NCBI GenBank assembly: GCA_009773495.1
Contig: WSXW01000008.1
Location: 64,050 to 128,049, forward strand
DNA from: Bacillota bacterium
Lineage (GTDB): Bacteria > Bacillota > UBA994
Length of the DNA stretch: 64,000 nucleotides
Direction of reading: 5' to 3'
In this document: piece after piece, positions 30,133-40,515 of the stretch
Layout: each line of letters opens with the position of its first letter
How positions within the stretch are numbered: the stretch's first letter is position 1
The notes under the pieces: generated by a model
What the model saw: only the letters and a program-made list of their open reading frames with translations
Databases searched by the model: none
What the model was told of the DNA's origin: nothing
Position numbers and translations under genes: made by a program

Positions 30133-30921
30133 ATGCTTGAGCTTGAGCGACTGGCTTTCTTAGATGTGAATTTGGCCAGCGGACGAGTACAGTTTGGCAG
30201 TGGGTTACCTCAGGTTAACCCAGCCTGCCGGTACTTGCGGGAGGCACGGTATGCCTTTAGCGATGAGGGAGTGGAGGGCTTGGAGGAGCTCTACTATATG
30301 TATCGCGATGTGGCTAGGTGCGAAGACAGGCCGATTATCGCACAGCACGGCCTTCGTTTTGATATTACCCTCATCCCCGCGGGGTTGATTGGCCAAGAGT
30401 ATAATAAGACTGTGGGGCATTACCACCCAGTTAAGCTGGGGACTGTATATACCTATCCGGAAGTATACGAGGTACTGCATGGAGAGGCTACATACCTGCT
30501 GCAGCGCCCTAGTGTATCTAGGGGTGAGGTGGATGATGTGGCGGTAGTTGTGGCGAGGGCGGGAGACAAGGTCGTTATCCCCCCTGGGTACGGCCATATT
30601 ACTATCAATGCGGGGGTCGAACCGCTACTCATGGCCAACTGGGTAGCCTCGGAGTTTGATTCGATATATGGTGAGATTAAAGAGCTAAAGGGTGGGGCCC
30701 ACTACCTAGTAGGCAGTGGTAGGGAACCCGAGTGGATTAACAACCACAGATACATAAAGGCACCTGACATAAGGAGGGTGGAGACAAGGGACTACCCGGA
30801 GTTGGGACTATTTAGCGGGCAGCCCATGTACAAGCTAATTATTGAAGCACCGGAGAAGTTGAGGTTTTTGACCCATCCTGAAGAATATCAATGGGTTAAG
30901 CTATGTCACCTGCACAACTAG
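30133..30921 (+). CDS. cupin-type glucose-6-phosphate isomerase-like protein (archaeal-type cPGI family)
   Basis: GHYHP...EVYEVLHGEA and IPPGYGHITINAG metal-binding cupin motifs. Strong RBS aggagg 7 nt before the ATG at 30133; the ORF track starts at 30043. Confidence 0.6.
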   Translation: MLELERLAFLDVNLASGRVQFGSGLPQVNPACRYLREARYAFSDEGVEGLEELYYMYRDVARCEDRPIIAQHGLRFDITLIPAGLIGQEYNKTVGHYHPVKLGTVYTYPEVYEVLHGEATYLLQRPSVSRGEVDDVAVVVARAGDKVVIPPGYGHITINAGVEPLLMANWVASEFDSIYGEIKELKGGAHYLVGSGREPEWINNHRYIKAPDIRRVETRDYPELGLFSGQPMYKLIIEAPEKLRFLTHPEEYQWVKLCHLHN

Positions 30922-30933
30922 GGGGAGTCATAA

Positions 30934-32787
30934 ATGAAGAAGGCAAACCGCATGGTCTTTCTAGCGGCGGTAGACGGGATTTCAATATATGCTGCTGGAT
31001 TGCTGGGGAGCACCATTATTCTTAATGGGGGTTTCTCTTTAGAGTACATAACCGTATGGACCAAACTAGCGCTGCTTATTTTGCCTATGCAGATTATGCT
31101 CAACTACTACGTAGGCCTATACTCCAAGGTGTGGACTTATGCTAGCATAGGTGAGCTTGTGAGTGTGCTAAAGGCATCTACTCTAGGTAGTGGGGCTTTG
31201 TTTGTTGTGTTGAGGTTCAATCCTAACCTAGGAATGGGGTCCCTGCGAACTTCTACGCTGTACTGGCTCTTAGCCACGGCGGTGATAGGGGCCTTGCGCT
31301 TTGCGATGCGAATACGGCGTGAAATTGTGGTAGACGCATCTGCTAAGGGCGTGAGAGCACTGATTGTGGGTGCGGGGGATGCCGGGCATATGCTGCTGCG
31401 TGAGATACAGAAGCACCCGGAGCTCAAGATTAAGGCGGTGGTGCTGGTGGATGACGAGCCCTCTAAACAAGGCATGAGCATTTGTAACGTGCCGGTGGTG
31501 GGGCCGCTAGCAGATTTAGAGATAGCCATAGACGAGCACGATATTAAACAGGTAATCCTAGCGATGCCTACGGCCAAGCCTGAGGTGGTGCGCCGGGTGG
31601 TACAGAGCTGCACTAAGCTTGGGGTGGATGTGCGGACCATGCCTGGACTGTATGAGGTTATTAATGGCTACTATACTCCTACTCGTCTGCGTGAGGTGCA
31701 GATTGAGGATCTCTTGCGTAGAGAAGTGACTAAAGTTGACTTCGCGGCGATAGGTTCGTACATAACCGGTAAGAGAGTGTTAGTTACGGGGGCAGGTGGC
31801 TCGATAGGCTCGGAGCTCTGCCGCCAAATCATGGGGTGCGGTCCAGCAGAGATAATACTACTAGGTCACGGGGAGAATAGCATCTTTAACATTCATCGTG
31901 AGTTGCTAGGCAAAGCGGGCGGTATTGCGGTGGTGCCGATTATAGCCGATGTGCAGAGCCCGCAGCGTATGAAGGGTGTGTTTGGCAAGCATAGGCCGCA
32001 AGTGGTTTTCCATGCAGCGGCGCATAAGCATGTGCCGTTGATGGAGAGCAATGCAGTTGAGGCTATTAAGAATAACGTGTGGGGAACGAGTAATGTAGCG
32101 GAGGCGGCCTCAGAATATGGGGTGGAGCGGTTTGTGCTTATCTCATCGGATAAGGCAGTAAACCCGACCAACGTTATGGGCGCTACAAAGCGCGCGGCGG
32201 AAATGGTAATACAAAAAATCAGCCTCGGTTCAGGTACTAAATTTATGGCGGTGCGTTTTGGCAATGTGCTGGGCAGTAGGGGGAGCGTTGTCCCCATATT
32301 TAAGGAGCAAATTGCCGAGGGTGGGCCGGTTACGGTAACCCATCCAGATATGGAGCGCTATTTTATGACTATACCTGAGGCCGTGTCGCTGGTGCTGCAG
32401 GCGGGTTCCATGGGGCAAGGCGGTGAAGTTTTTGTGCTCGATATGGGCAGCCCGGTTAAAATTACGGATATGGTTAGAGATCTAATAGCGTTATCGGGGC
32501 TACGGCCCGATGTGGACATTAAGATTGTGTATACAGGTATAAGACCTGGCGAAAAGATGTATGAGGAGCTGCTTACTGCCGAAGAAGGCACGGCGGCTAC
32601 CAAGCATAAGAAGATCCTGGTGGCCAAACAAGCGGCGGTGGTAGTCGAGGCGGTCAATGAAATGCTGGCGAGTCTGTCGCAGATGGTGCACGGCGACTGC
32701 GCCAATAATGCAGAAGTGATAAAACTGACTCAGCTAGCGTTGCAAAGTAAGTCGTTTGAGCAGGTGGCGGCAGCTGAGACTCAGTGA
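30934..32787 (+). CDS. polysaccharide biosynthesis protein CapD/PglF/WbpM-like (membrane-anchored NDP-sugar 4,6-dehydratase)
   Basis: 617 aa with N-terminal TM helices and two Rossmann domains (VTGAGGSIGSEL). Confidence 0.8.
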   Translation: MKKANRMVFLAAVDGISIYAAGLLGSTIILNGGFSLEYITVWTKLALLILPMQIMLNYYVGLYSKVWTYASIGELVSVLKASTLGSGALFVVLRFNPNLGMGSLRTSTLYWLLATAVIGALRFAMRIRREIVVDASAKGVRALIVGAGDAGHMLLREIQKHPELKIKAVVLVDDEPSKQGMSICNVPVVGPLADLEIAIDEHDIKQVILAMPTAKPEVVRRVVQSCTKLGVDVRTMPGLYEVINGYYTPTRLREVQIEDLLRREVTKVDFAAIGSYITGKRVLVTGAGGSIGSELCRQIMGCGPAEIILLGHGENSIFNIHRELLGKAGGIAVVPIIADVQSPQRMKGVFGKHRPQVVFHAAAHKHVPLMESNAVEAIKNNVWGTSNVAEAASEYGVERFVLISSDKAVNPTNVMGATKRAAEMVIQKISLGSGTKFMAVRFGNVLGSRGSVVPIFKEQIAEGGPVTVTHPDMERYFMTIPEAVSLVLQAGSMGQGGEVFVLDMGSPVKITDMVRDLIALSGLRPDVDIKIVYTGIRPGEKMYEELLTAEEGTAATKHKKILVAKQAAVVVEAVNEMLASLSQMVHGDCANNAEVIKLTQLALQSKSFEQVAAAETQ

Positions 32788-32816
32788 GCAGCTCGGATTG
32801 GCAAGGGGGGAGAACT

Positions 32817-35411
32817 ATGAAAAACAAAGTTCGTCCGGTTGTGGCAAAGAAAGCGGGTTGGAGCTTAAACCGTTATATAGACTACGTATGGTTTGCGGTG
32901 GTGTTTCTATTAGCTAGTGCATTACCGTGGCTTAGGGGCTTGTACTGGCCGCTGCATCGGCTGGGGGTGCAAGCGCTGCTGCTTGTTTTTATTGCATTCT
33001 GGGTGGTGGCTAAAACGGGCAAGGGACCCATAAAGGTTACACTGCTCGATGCCTTGGCGGTTGTGCTGGCCATGCTTTATGTACTGGGTATAATAACTCC
33101 GGCATCGATGAATGGGGCTATTCAGGGGGCTATTACTTGGGTTTCGCTTATGGCCCTCTTTTTGTGGGTGCGTTCGCTAAGGTTAGGGGATAAGGGCCGG
33201 GGTATTGTTGTGGGAGGCATTGCGGCGGCCGGGGTATTGTGGGCGTTGCTAGGAATGGCTGCGCATAACAGTCTGATTAAGTTTCCGATCTGGTTTCAGG
33301 GGGCTCGTCTAGCGGCAGGCTTTGAGTATCCTAATGCAGCAGCGGGCTTTTACCTTATGGCCCTAGTGCTGTGCCTGTACTCGGGCTTTGTGTCGGAGAG
33401 TAAAAGAGTCAAGTGGGGGTATGCTGCGGGGGCGGTTGTGCTCCTTGTTGCTTTGCTGCTTACACAGTCGCGTGGGGCGTGGCTGGGGCTCGCCATAACC
33501 TTGTTGCTCTCATTGTGGTGGTTGAGAGCAAGGGCAGTAGATTTTGCGGTGCAGGCAGGCCTGATTCTCGCTGTGGGGTTAGCTACAGCAGGGTTAGTAA
33601 TGGCTAGGCCGAGTGTTCTGAGTATGGGCCTGTCCCTGTTAGCGGCGGTAATTTGCGGTGGATTGGTTTCATTGATAAGACCGCTGGGTGTACGCAAGAG
33701 TGTGGCTGTTATTGGCGGTATCTGCATATTGCTGCTAGCTGGGGTGCTGTGGCTAACGATGAGTCCAAACGTTTATACATTGAAAAATATTACAAAGGAT
33801 GTAGTATGGCAAACAATTACATACGGTGCGGGCCAGCTACCTGCCGGGGATTATAGGTTTGAAGGAACGTTTAAATTGGCAGCACAGGGTGATCAGCCCG
33901 CCACCGGGCATGTTGCAGTGCAGGTTATAGGTGCAGATAACAAGGGCACCGCGGTTGGCTATGGAAGCTTCGCTGAGAGCGGTTCGTCAAGAGCGGTGAA
34001 TTTTACTGTTCCTCCCGGGGTTAAGCGAGTAGAAGCTGTTTTTTCTTCAGGGCAGCCCCAGACTACAGTCACACTTGAAAATCCACGGATAGTCGGCGCA
34101 AGAAGTGTCACGTTAAAACACTACTTGCATAAAGCCCTTCCGCACTCAATTGCGGCGAGGCTTTCGCAGATGAGCTGGAGGAGCTTGGCTGCAGACGGAC
34201 GCCTCGTGTTCATTGAGGATGGTCTTAAGGCCGTCAGGCAAAAGCCGGTCTTTGGCTTTGGCGGGGGTGCGTGGAATGCAGTTTATCATGGCGTTCAGAG
34301 CTACTTCTATGGCTCAGGGCGAGCCCACGCTGACTGGTTGGACATAACCCTAGAGGTTGGAATAGTGGGGCTTTTGATCTATTTGGCTATAGTTATCGGG
34401 TCGCTGATGCCGTTTGTTAGACGGGAGCAAGTGAATTCCAAGCTTGGGCTTGGCATGGCTTCGCTCGCGATTTTTGTACATTCTTTTGGCGAGGCCCTGC
34501 TGGCGTTTCCGTCTAGCTACTATTTTCTGACAATCTTGCTGGGGGTCTTATCGTCACGGGAGACAGAACGCCAGATAGTGTTTTTACCTAAGATTAAGGG
34601 CCTGAAAGCATCGACCCTCGTAGCAATCATGTTGTGCGCATGTGTTACAGTCGGATTTTGGCTAGCTGAGGTCGAACTACAGGCCTTGTTTAGCGAGAAA
34701 AAAGAGATGGAGAGTGTGAGCGCACTAAAGTCCATAGATAGAGTGCTCCTTTTTAACCCATACAGTTTTAACGCAATGATGACTAAGCTAGACTTTTTAA
34801 GCCAGTTGCCAAACAATCGCAACGAATACGGAGCAATACTGAAGCGTGCGCAATACTTAGAGCCGCACGATCCTAGGGTCCCAAACATGCTCGGATGGCA
34901 TTACTTGCTGACCGCGCACTTTAGTGACGCATTAGTTCAATTTCAAAGAGGAAAGAGTCTGCAGCCCTACAATGTGCAAGGCTATGAGATGCTGGCTATA
35001 GCGGGGGCCCGCGCTGCTTTTAGCTCTGCCGCGAGTGGAGACGGTGCGTGGCAGGGCTTTGCGGAGACGGTTATTGATGTAGAGCAGGAGTTTTTAGAGA
35101 CGCGTAATGCCGCTCGGCAGGCACTGCTTCCGCTTAGCATAGTGCCTTTTGAGCAGGGGCAACCGTTTATGTTTGCTGTTGGCGCGGCACACGCTTTGCT
35201 TGGCAACTTCGATGCCGCACGGACTTCATTTAGTAAGGCCTTGGAGGGTTCCGACCAAACCTTGCGGGATAGGTCGACATTGTGGCTTGCCTGGGGCCTG
35301 CTCAGGCAGGGTGACAATGTACAGCCTCTAACAATGATTGAGCGGTTGTTGTCGCAGGAGGCATATCTGGAGGAGTGGAATGCATTGCTTAAGATAAGCG
35401 GCGGAAAATAA
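32817..35411 (+). CDS. O-antigen ligase-family (Wzy_C) membrane protein with C-terminal TPR-like domain; candidate oligosaccharyl:protein transferase (WsaB/WsfB-like)
   Basis: About 12 TM helices with a QSRGAWLGL ligase motif, then a soluble C-terminal helical repeat region. RBS gggggag before the ATG at 32817. Directly upstream of the surface protein gene. Confidence 0.55.
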   Translation: MKNKVRPVVAKKAGWSLNRYIDYVWFAVVFLLASALPWLRGLYWPLHRLGVQALLLVFIAFWVVAKTGKGPIKVTLLDALAVVLAMLYVLGIITPASMNGAIQGAITWVSLMALFLWVRSLRLGDKGRGIVVGGIAAAGVLWALLGMAAHNSLIKFPIWFQGARLAAGFEYPNAAAGFYLMALVLCLYSGFVSESKRVKWGYAAGAVVLLVALLLTQSRGAWLGLAITLLLSLWWLRARAVDFAVQAGLILAVGLATAGLVMARPSVLSMGLSLLAAVICGGLVSLIRPLGVRKSVAVIGGICILLLAGVLWLTMSPNVYTLKNITKDVVWQTITYGAGQLPAGDYRFEGTFKLAAQGDQPATGHVAVQVIGADNKGTAVGYGSFAESGSSRAVNFTVPPGVKRVEAVFSSGQPQTTVTLENPRIVGARSVTLKHYLHKALPHSIAARLSQMSWRSLAADGRLVFIEDGLKAVRQKPVFGFGGGAWNAVYHGVQSYFYGSGRAHADWLDITLEVGIVGLLIYLAIVIGSLMPFVRREQVNSKLGLGMASLAIFVHSFGEALLAFPSSYYFLTILLGVLSSRETERQIVFLPKIKGLKASTLVAIMLCACVTVGFWLAEVELQALFSEKKEMESVSALKSIDRVLLFNPYSFNAMMTKLDFLSQLPNNRNEYGAILKRAQYLEPHDPRVPNMLGWHYLLTAHFSDALVQFQRGKSLQPYNVQGYEMLAIAGARAAFSSAASGDGAWQGFAETVIDVEQEFLETRNAARQALLPLSIVPFEQGQPFMFAVGAAHALLGNFDAARTSFSKALEGSDQTLRDRSTLWLAWGLLRQGDNVQPLTMIERLLSQEAYLEEWNALLKISGGK

Positions 35412-35688
35412 CGCTACAAGTCAAAATTTCTTTTGTTACGGTATCCTTACAAGAACAATTGAAAAATTGTTTGAGAGTTTTGGGCATAATATACTAATCA
35501 TAGTCCAAGGAAAACAGGGAGTTGCTTTTGTTTGTACTAGGTAAGTTCCCTGTGCCTCTTGTGAATCAAGCTTTCTCCCGAGTGCCCTAACGAGGGGTGC
35601 GAGGTCGATCATCAGGGTTGAAGCTACGGGCGCAGGTTGTATCCGGGACGCGAACTGATAAACAATTCAAAGGAGGGAAACTTTACTA

Positions 35689-38600
35689 ATGAAGAAGATA
35701 TTTGCTCTTCTATTAAGCGTAGCGATGGTTGCTAGCTTGTTTGTAGGCGTAGCTTTTGCGGCTGGCGGCACTTACACCGTAGCCTACAAAACTGGCGCAT
35801 CTACTGCGGCTGGCGCTAACTCTACTCTAGTATTTACTGTAACTCCGCCCGTAAGTGGCACAGCCACAACAGTCAAAGTCGACTTTGCGGCTAGCGGTTT
35901 CGTGCCCATCGGCGCTGCTACCTGGGCCGGCAGTACCAACGTTACCTCGAATATTGTAGGCAACGTTATCACCATCGCTCGCACCGAAAATATAACTACA
36001 GGCACTGTTGAAATCCCTGTTCGCAACCCGCTGACTGCTAAGGTAGTCAACCAAGCGGTTTCTGCCGATGCTTTTGTAGTTACCACTGGCACCCCACCTA
36101 CTGCCCTCGTAGTTGCTACTTCTGTTAGCGTTCTTAATGTTAACTACACAGTTACCCCTAGCATAACCACACCCGTTATCGGTGGAACATCTACTGTTTC
36201 TTTCAATGTTACCCAAGGCGGGGCTGCTGTAACTGACGCCTTAGTTTACAATTTTTACAGAGGATTGACCCTGTTGACTCACGGCTCTACCTCTACTGGC
36301 AACTTCAGTGCAGCTATTTCCTTCACTGCTGAACCCGGTGCTTTTTCTCAAGAGTACACCGTTAACGTTGCAAAGGCTACTGACACTACTGTCACTGGCA
36401 GTACAAAGCTTACAGCTCTTTACAACCTCACTGTTGACGGCATTACCACAGTTAAGTATCTCGACGCTCGCACTCTCACCGGCAGGCTTACCAATGCTGC
36501 TGGCACGGGCATTGCTAACGCTCCCATAACTCTTCGCAACAAGACAAACGCTTCTGATGTAGCTAATGCTACCACAGCTGCTGACGGCTCCTTCGCTATG
36601 ACCGCAGTGTTCGCTGATGCTGCTGTTTATGCATTCAACGTCGGGACTGTTGAGTATTCTACATTTACCGTTGCTGGACTTGACCTCACAGTAGCAGCAG
36701 CGCCTACCTCCATCGTGAAGACTCTCGGCACAACTGCTATGACCTTCACTGTGAGGCTTCCTGGCACCACAACCACTCCTACAAATGCAAATCCTGAGAT
36801 CCGCATCCTCAATCCAGACGGCACTGTCCGTCTAGATTGGACCTCTACTTTGGTATGGTCCGCTCCAGCTGACCTAGCTACCGGTACCTACAAGGTAGAA
36901 GCTCGCTGGGAAGATACTGCTAACGGTAACACCCCTACGGTTTCTGACCGTACCGGTTCTACCACCTTTGCAGTAACGAATCCTTCCAAGCTCAACGTAT
37001 CCTATGCTCCTACTGTCGCTGTCGACGGCGTACTCACCGTTGGTGCTAATGGCGTAGCCATCACCATCCGTGACGTTGCTGGCGCTGGTTTCGTGGGCGC
37101 TACTGCCACCGCAGCTCAAATTAAGCAGGTTCTTATCACTGTTACTGGCCCTCTCACATCGGCAGTAACTATTAATACCGCTGTTACTGCTCCTGGTGCG
37201 GCGGCTCCTTGGAATGGCTCCCTAATTACTGTAACCCCCACGTTCAACATCGAACAAGCTGGCAACATCGTTGTTACTGGTACAGTGACCTTCGGTGACA
37301 ACTCCACGGAGACCTTCACCAGGACCTATACCAACAACGGCTGGATTGTTACAACTGAGAAGGTTCTCGGCACTGTTGGCGACGTAGTAACCCTCCGCGC
37401 AGTAGTTACTACCGCTGCTGGAGTACCAGTTAACAATGCTATCGTTACTTGGACTGGCGTAGCCAACGCCTTCTTGACCGCGAAGGACGCTGCCGGCGTC
37501 TGGATTACCCCAGCTGCCGCAGTACCTGTTGATGGGTCCATTACAAACATCAACAACGGCGTATACGAAAAGGAAGTTAAGCTCAATACGAACGGTGATG
37601 TAACAGTTGGTGTGACCACCACTGCCCTTGCCGCTCGCGCTTCTCTTGTAGCTAATATTACCGGCCAAAACGTTTACACCGTAACTCCTAGCGTCTCTTC
37701 CGTAATTGCAACGCTTGCTACCCAGACCGTCAGGGTTGCTGTTACTAACGCTTCCGGCGCTGCTATGACCAACCTCCAGGCTCTTGATGTAACTGGTTCT
37801 ACCGGCGTTCTAGCGGCTCCTCTCGCTATCACTGATGCTACCATGTACGATGCAAATGCCGACGGCATTGTGGATGGCTACCAGTTCAGCGTTTCTCCGC
37901 TGGCTAGCGGTACCCTCACCATTACTGCTAAGACCGATAACGGCAACAAAATTGGCGTTGGGACCGTAGCTGTAGTAGCTCCTGGCGTTACCGTAACTGC
38001 TGCTGCTAAGGCTACTCAGAACGTAACTGAAAAGCTCAATGTTAAGGTTAACGACATGACCGGTACCCCTGCAGCAGCTCGCCCGATCTCCGTTAGGGTT
38101 ACTGCAGTCGGCGCATTCATGGAGCTCAAGACTGACGTTGCCACACCTGTTATACTCACAAATGGTACAGTTGAGAACCAAGCCCACCTAGTAGCTGCAG
38201 CTGCCGCTGAGCACAAGCTTCTAGTTACCGCTTGGGACTTTGTAGAAGCTACCCCCGTTGCTCCTCTTGTACGCGTAGAAGTCAGCTACAATGGCACAAA
38301 CTGGGTCAAGGCTGCTGACCTCGCTGTAACTCCTCTTGACATCACACTCAATAGCGACACCATTTTCGTAGGTGGCGTTAACAAGATCGATGCTACCGTT
38401 ACCGACGCTCACGGCGTAGCTTACGCTGGCAAGGCTGTTGCTGTTGCTGGTTCTACCGGCACAACCGATGCTAATGGTAAGGTCAGCCTGTTTGTTAACC
38501 CAAGCAGCACTGGCACCGCTACTCTTACCGTCGCAACCAGCCGCACTGGTGTAACCGCTAACAAGACGATCACCATCACTGCTGACAGCGTGAAGCCTGC

Positions 38601-39516
38601 TGTGGCTATCACCTCGGCTCCTGTTTCCGAAAAGGCTACCTATCTGCTGACGGGTACTTTCTCTGATAACCTCGGCGTAGCCAATATCTACGTAAACGGC
38701 GCCCCAATTCCGTTTATCGCAGCTCTTGGTACATTTGAGAGGACAGTTACCCTCGTAGATGGCGCCAATGTGTTCACAGTATTCGCCTTTGATGCAGCAG
38801 GCAATGGTGCCACGACCTCAATTACCGTTTCTTATGCTGCACCAATTACTCCTGCTCCAGTAAAAGATACTACCCTGCCGACCATTGTGATCGCCGCTCC
38901 AGCTACCGTTGCCACCGACTTTACGGTTGTTACCGTGACGGCTACCGACGCTGGCGGACTCGCACAAGTTGTTATCAACAATGTGCCGAAGTTCTTCATC
39001 CCTGGCAACACTGCAGTTGTAACCGAGCGGATCTCCCTCAATGAAGGTCCAAACGTAGTGACTGTAAATGTTGCCGACGTGGCTGGCAACTGGGCTACTT
39101 CGACGAGGACTATCACTTATACTAAGCCTACACCTCCTCCTGCTCCAGTTCCTGTAACGCACGTTATCACCATCGGCAAGGCTGATCCTGCCTTCGGTCT
39201 TGACGTACCTGCAGTAGCTAAGAATGGCCGCCTCATGGTTCCCTTCCGTTGGTTCGGCGAACGCATCCTCGGCGCTACAGTTGACTATAAGGTAGTTGCC
39301 GGTGTTGAGATCGTAACCCTCCATAAGGGTGGCACCCATGTTGAGCTAACCCTCAACAGCGCTATCGCTAAGGTTAACGGAGTTGCTGTTGCTCTTGATG
39401 TAGCTGCTTACGCTGAAGCTGGCCGTACACTCGTTCCGGCTCGCTTCCTAGCTGAAGCATTCGGCTACAAGATTGAGTGGCATCCCGCTACCAACAACGT
39501 TACCATCACCAAGTAG
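35689..39516 (+). CDS. large secreted Thr/Val/Ala-rich surface protein with Ig-like repeats and C-terminal copper-amine-oxidase-N-terminal-like (cell-wall-associated) domain
   Basis: Signal peptide MKKIFALLLSVAMVASLFVGVAFA. 1275 aa, low-complexity beta-rich. C-terminus RTLVPARFLAEAFGYKIEWHPATNNVTI matches Cu_amine_oxidN1. Strong RBS and a rho-independent terminator. Confidence 0.7.
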   Translation: MKKIFALLLSVAMVASLFVGVAFAAGGTYTVAYKTGASTAAGANSTLVFTVTPPVSGTATTVKVDFAASGFVPIGAATWAGSTNVTSNIVGNVITIARTENITTGTVEIPVRNPLTAKVVNQAVSADAFVVTTGTPPTALVVATSVSVLNVNYTVTPSITTPVIGGTSTVSFNVTQGGAAVTDALVYNFYRGLTLLTHGSTSTGNFSAAISFTAEPGAFSQEYTVNVAKATDTTVTGSTKLTALYNLTVDGITTVKYLDARTLTGRLTNAAGTGIANAPITLRNKTNASDVANATTAADGSFAMTAVFADAAVYAFNVGTVEYSTFTVAGLDLTVAAAPTSIVKTLGTTAMTFTVRLPGTTTTPTNANPEIRILNPDGTVRLDWTSTLVWSAPADLATGTYKVEARWEDTANGNTPTVSDRTGSTTFAVTNPSKLNVSYAPTVAVDGVLTVGANGVAITIRDVAGAGFVGATATAAQIKQVLITVTGPLTSAVTINTAVTAPGAAAPWNGSLITVTPTFNIEQAGNIVVTGTVTFGDNSTETFTRTYTNNGWIVTTEKVLGTVGDVVTLRAVVTTAAGVPVNNAIVTWTGVANAFLTAKDAAGVWITPAAAVPVDGSITNINNGVYEKEVKLNTNGDVTVGVTTTALAARASLVANITGQNVYTVTPSVSSVIATLATQTVRVAVTNASGAAMTNLQALDVTGSTGVLAAPLAITDATMYDANADGIVDGYQFSVSPLASGTLTITAKTDNGNKIGVGTVAVVAPGVTVTAAAKATQNVTEKLNVKVNDMTGTPAAARPISVRVTAVGAFMELKTDVATPVILTNGTVENQAHLVAAAAAEHKLLVTAWDFVEATPVAPLVRVEVSYNGTNWVKAADLAVTPLDITLNSDTIFVGGVNKIDATVTDAHGVAYAGKAVAVAGSTGTTDANGKVSLFVNPSSTGTATLTVATSRTGVTANKTITITADSVKPAVAITSAPVSEKATYLLTGTFSDNLGVANIYVNGAPIPFIAALGTFERTVTLVDGANVFTVFAFDAAGNGATTSITVSYAAPITPAPVKDTTLPTIVIAAPATVATDFTVVTVTATDAGGLAQVVINNVPKFFIPGNTAVVTERISLNEGPNVVTVNVADVAGNWATSTRTITYTKPTPPPAPVPVTHVITIGKADPAFGLDVPAVAKNGRLMVPFRWFGERILGATVDYKVVAGVEIVTLHKGGTHVELTLNSAIAKVNGVAVALDVAAYAEAGRTLVPARFLAEAFGYKIEWHPATNNVTITK

Positions 39517-39531
39517 ACCCTCCTCGGCATA

Positions 39532-39564
39532 GCAAAGACCCCCGCAAGGGGGTCTTTGCTTTTA
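39532..39564 (+). terminator. rho-independent terminator after surface protein gene
   Basis: gcaaagaccccc-gcaa-gggggtctttgc followed by tttt. Confidence 0.75.
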
Positions 39565-39686
39565 AGGACAGGGACTGGACAAAGGGGATGGTTCTTTTTG
39601 TTTGCTCTGTTGCTATTTAGAAGGAAAGAGCAGGGCTGAGGTAGAATAGGTAATGCTAGACAAGTATCGGGAGGTGCTCATATATA

Positions 39687-40082
39687 ATGAAAGCAATGAT
39701 TAGACTGCGCATAAGTTTGCACGAGGCCCACTATGGGGGAGGCCTTGTGGATGGGGCCAGAATCTTAGCCCTGTTCGGCGATGTGGCTACCGAGCTGCTG
39801 ATCCGTCACGACGGCGACGAAGGCCTCTTTGTCGCCTACGATATGGTAGAGTTTAAGGCCCCGACCTTCGCCGGCGATTATATCGAAGTCCACGGGGAGA
39901 TCACCAAAGTAGGGAATACCTCGCGGAAAATGGAGTTTGCGGCGTACAAGGTGATTAGGGCGCTTAACGACCCCGAGAATCCCTCCGCAGCGGAAGTCCT
40001 GGATGAGCCGATGCTGGTGTGTAGGGCGAGTGGGACGTGTGTGGTTCCGGCTGCGAAGCAGCGAATTAAACATGAATCATGA
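39687..40082 (+). CDS. kal: hotdog-fold protein, candidate 3-aminobutyryl-CoA ammonia-lyase (Kal)
   Basis: 131 aa hotdog-fold protein directly upstream of kce, the usual partner in lysine-fermentation clusters. RBS gggagg. Confidence 0.5.
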   Translation: MKAMIRLRISLHEAHYGGGLVDGARILALFGDVATELLIRHDGDEGLFVAYDMVEFKAPTFAGDYIEVHGEITKVGNTSRKMEFAAYKVIRALNDPENPSAAEVLDEPMLVCRASGTCVVPAAKQRIKHES

Positions 40083-40091
40083 AACATGACC
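40068..40091 (+). repeat. left inverted repeat of IVS-like cassette 1 (aaacatgaatcatgaaacatgacc)
   Basis: 23/24 match to the reverse complement of 40516-40539. Overlaps the last codons of kal. Confidence 0.65.
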
Positions 40092-40127
40092 TTCACGGGG
40101 GAGTGGGTGCCCCATGCATACTCGAGC

Positions 40128-40497
40128 ATGCCACTTGTGAGGCAGGCCCACAAACGCGCTAGCAGTCTATAAGTCTTCACTAAACTTCCCTAGGGAAGAG
40201 TTATATGGCATTACCAGTCAGCTTAGGCGTGCTGTTGTATCTGTGCCTACGAACATCTGCGAAGGTAAGGGCCATCGGAACGACCGCGAGCTGCATCGCT
40301 ACCTTGGTATCGCAAGGGCGTCTTTATCTGAAGTAGTCTATCTAATGTTCTTAGCACAGGATTTAGGTTTTTTGCCGGAAGACCAATATAGATGCCTTTT
40401 TACGCAAGCAGATGAGATTAGCAGGATGATAGTGGGTCTACAGGGCTACATCAGGAAAAATGTTGCTAGACGCAAAGGCTCTGCCAAAGCTCCCTAG
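40128..40497 (+). pseudogene. four-helix-bundle protein (Avd / 23S rRNA intervening-sequence protein family, PF05635-like), frameshifted
   Basis: ELYGITSQLRRAVVSVPTNICEGKGH...ASLSEV core in one frame; MPLVRQAHKRASSL N-terminus in another frame, with a stop at 40138. Confidence 0.6.
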
Positions 40498-40515
40498 GCG
40501 GGTCTTAGGGCTTTT

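Noticed and set aside
35784-39339. Multiple 60-170 aa minus-strand ORFs inside the surface-protein gene
   Set aside because: Antisense read-through of a low-complexity GC-skewed Thr/Val/Ala-rich gene, with no RBS and no homology.
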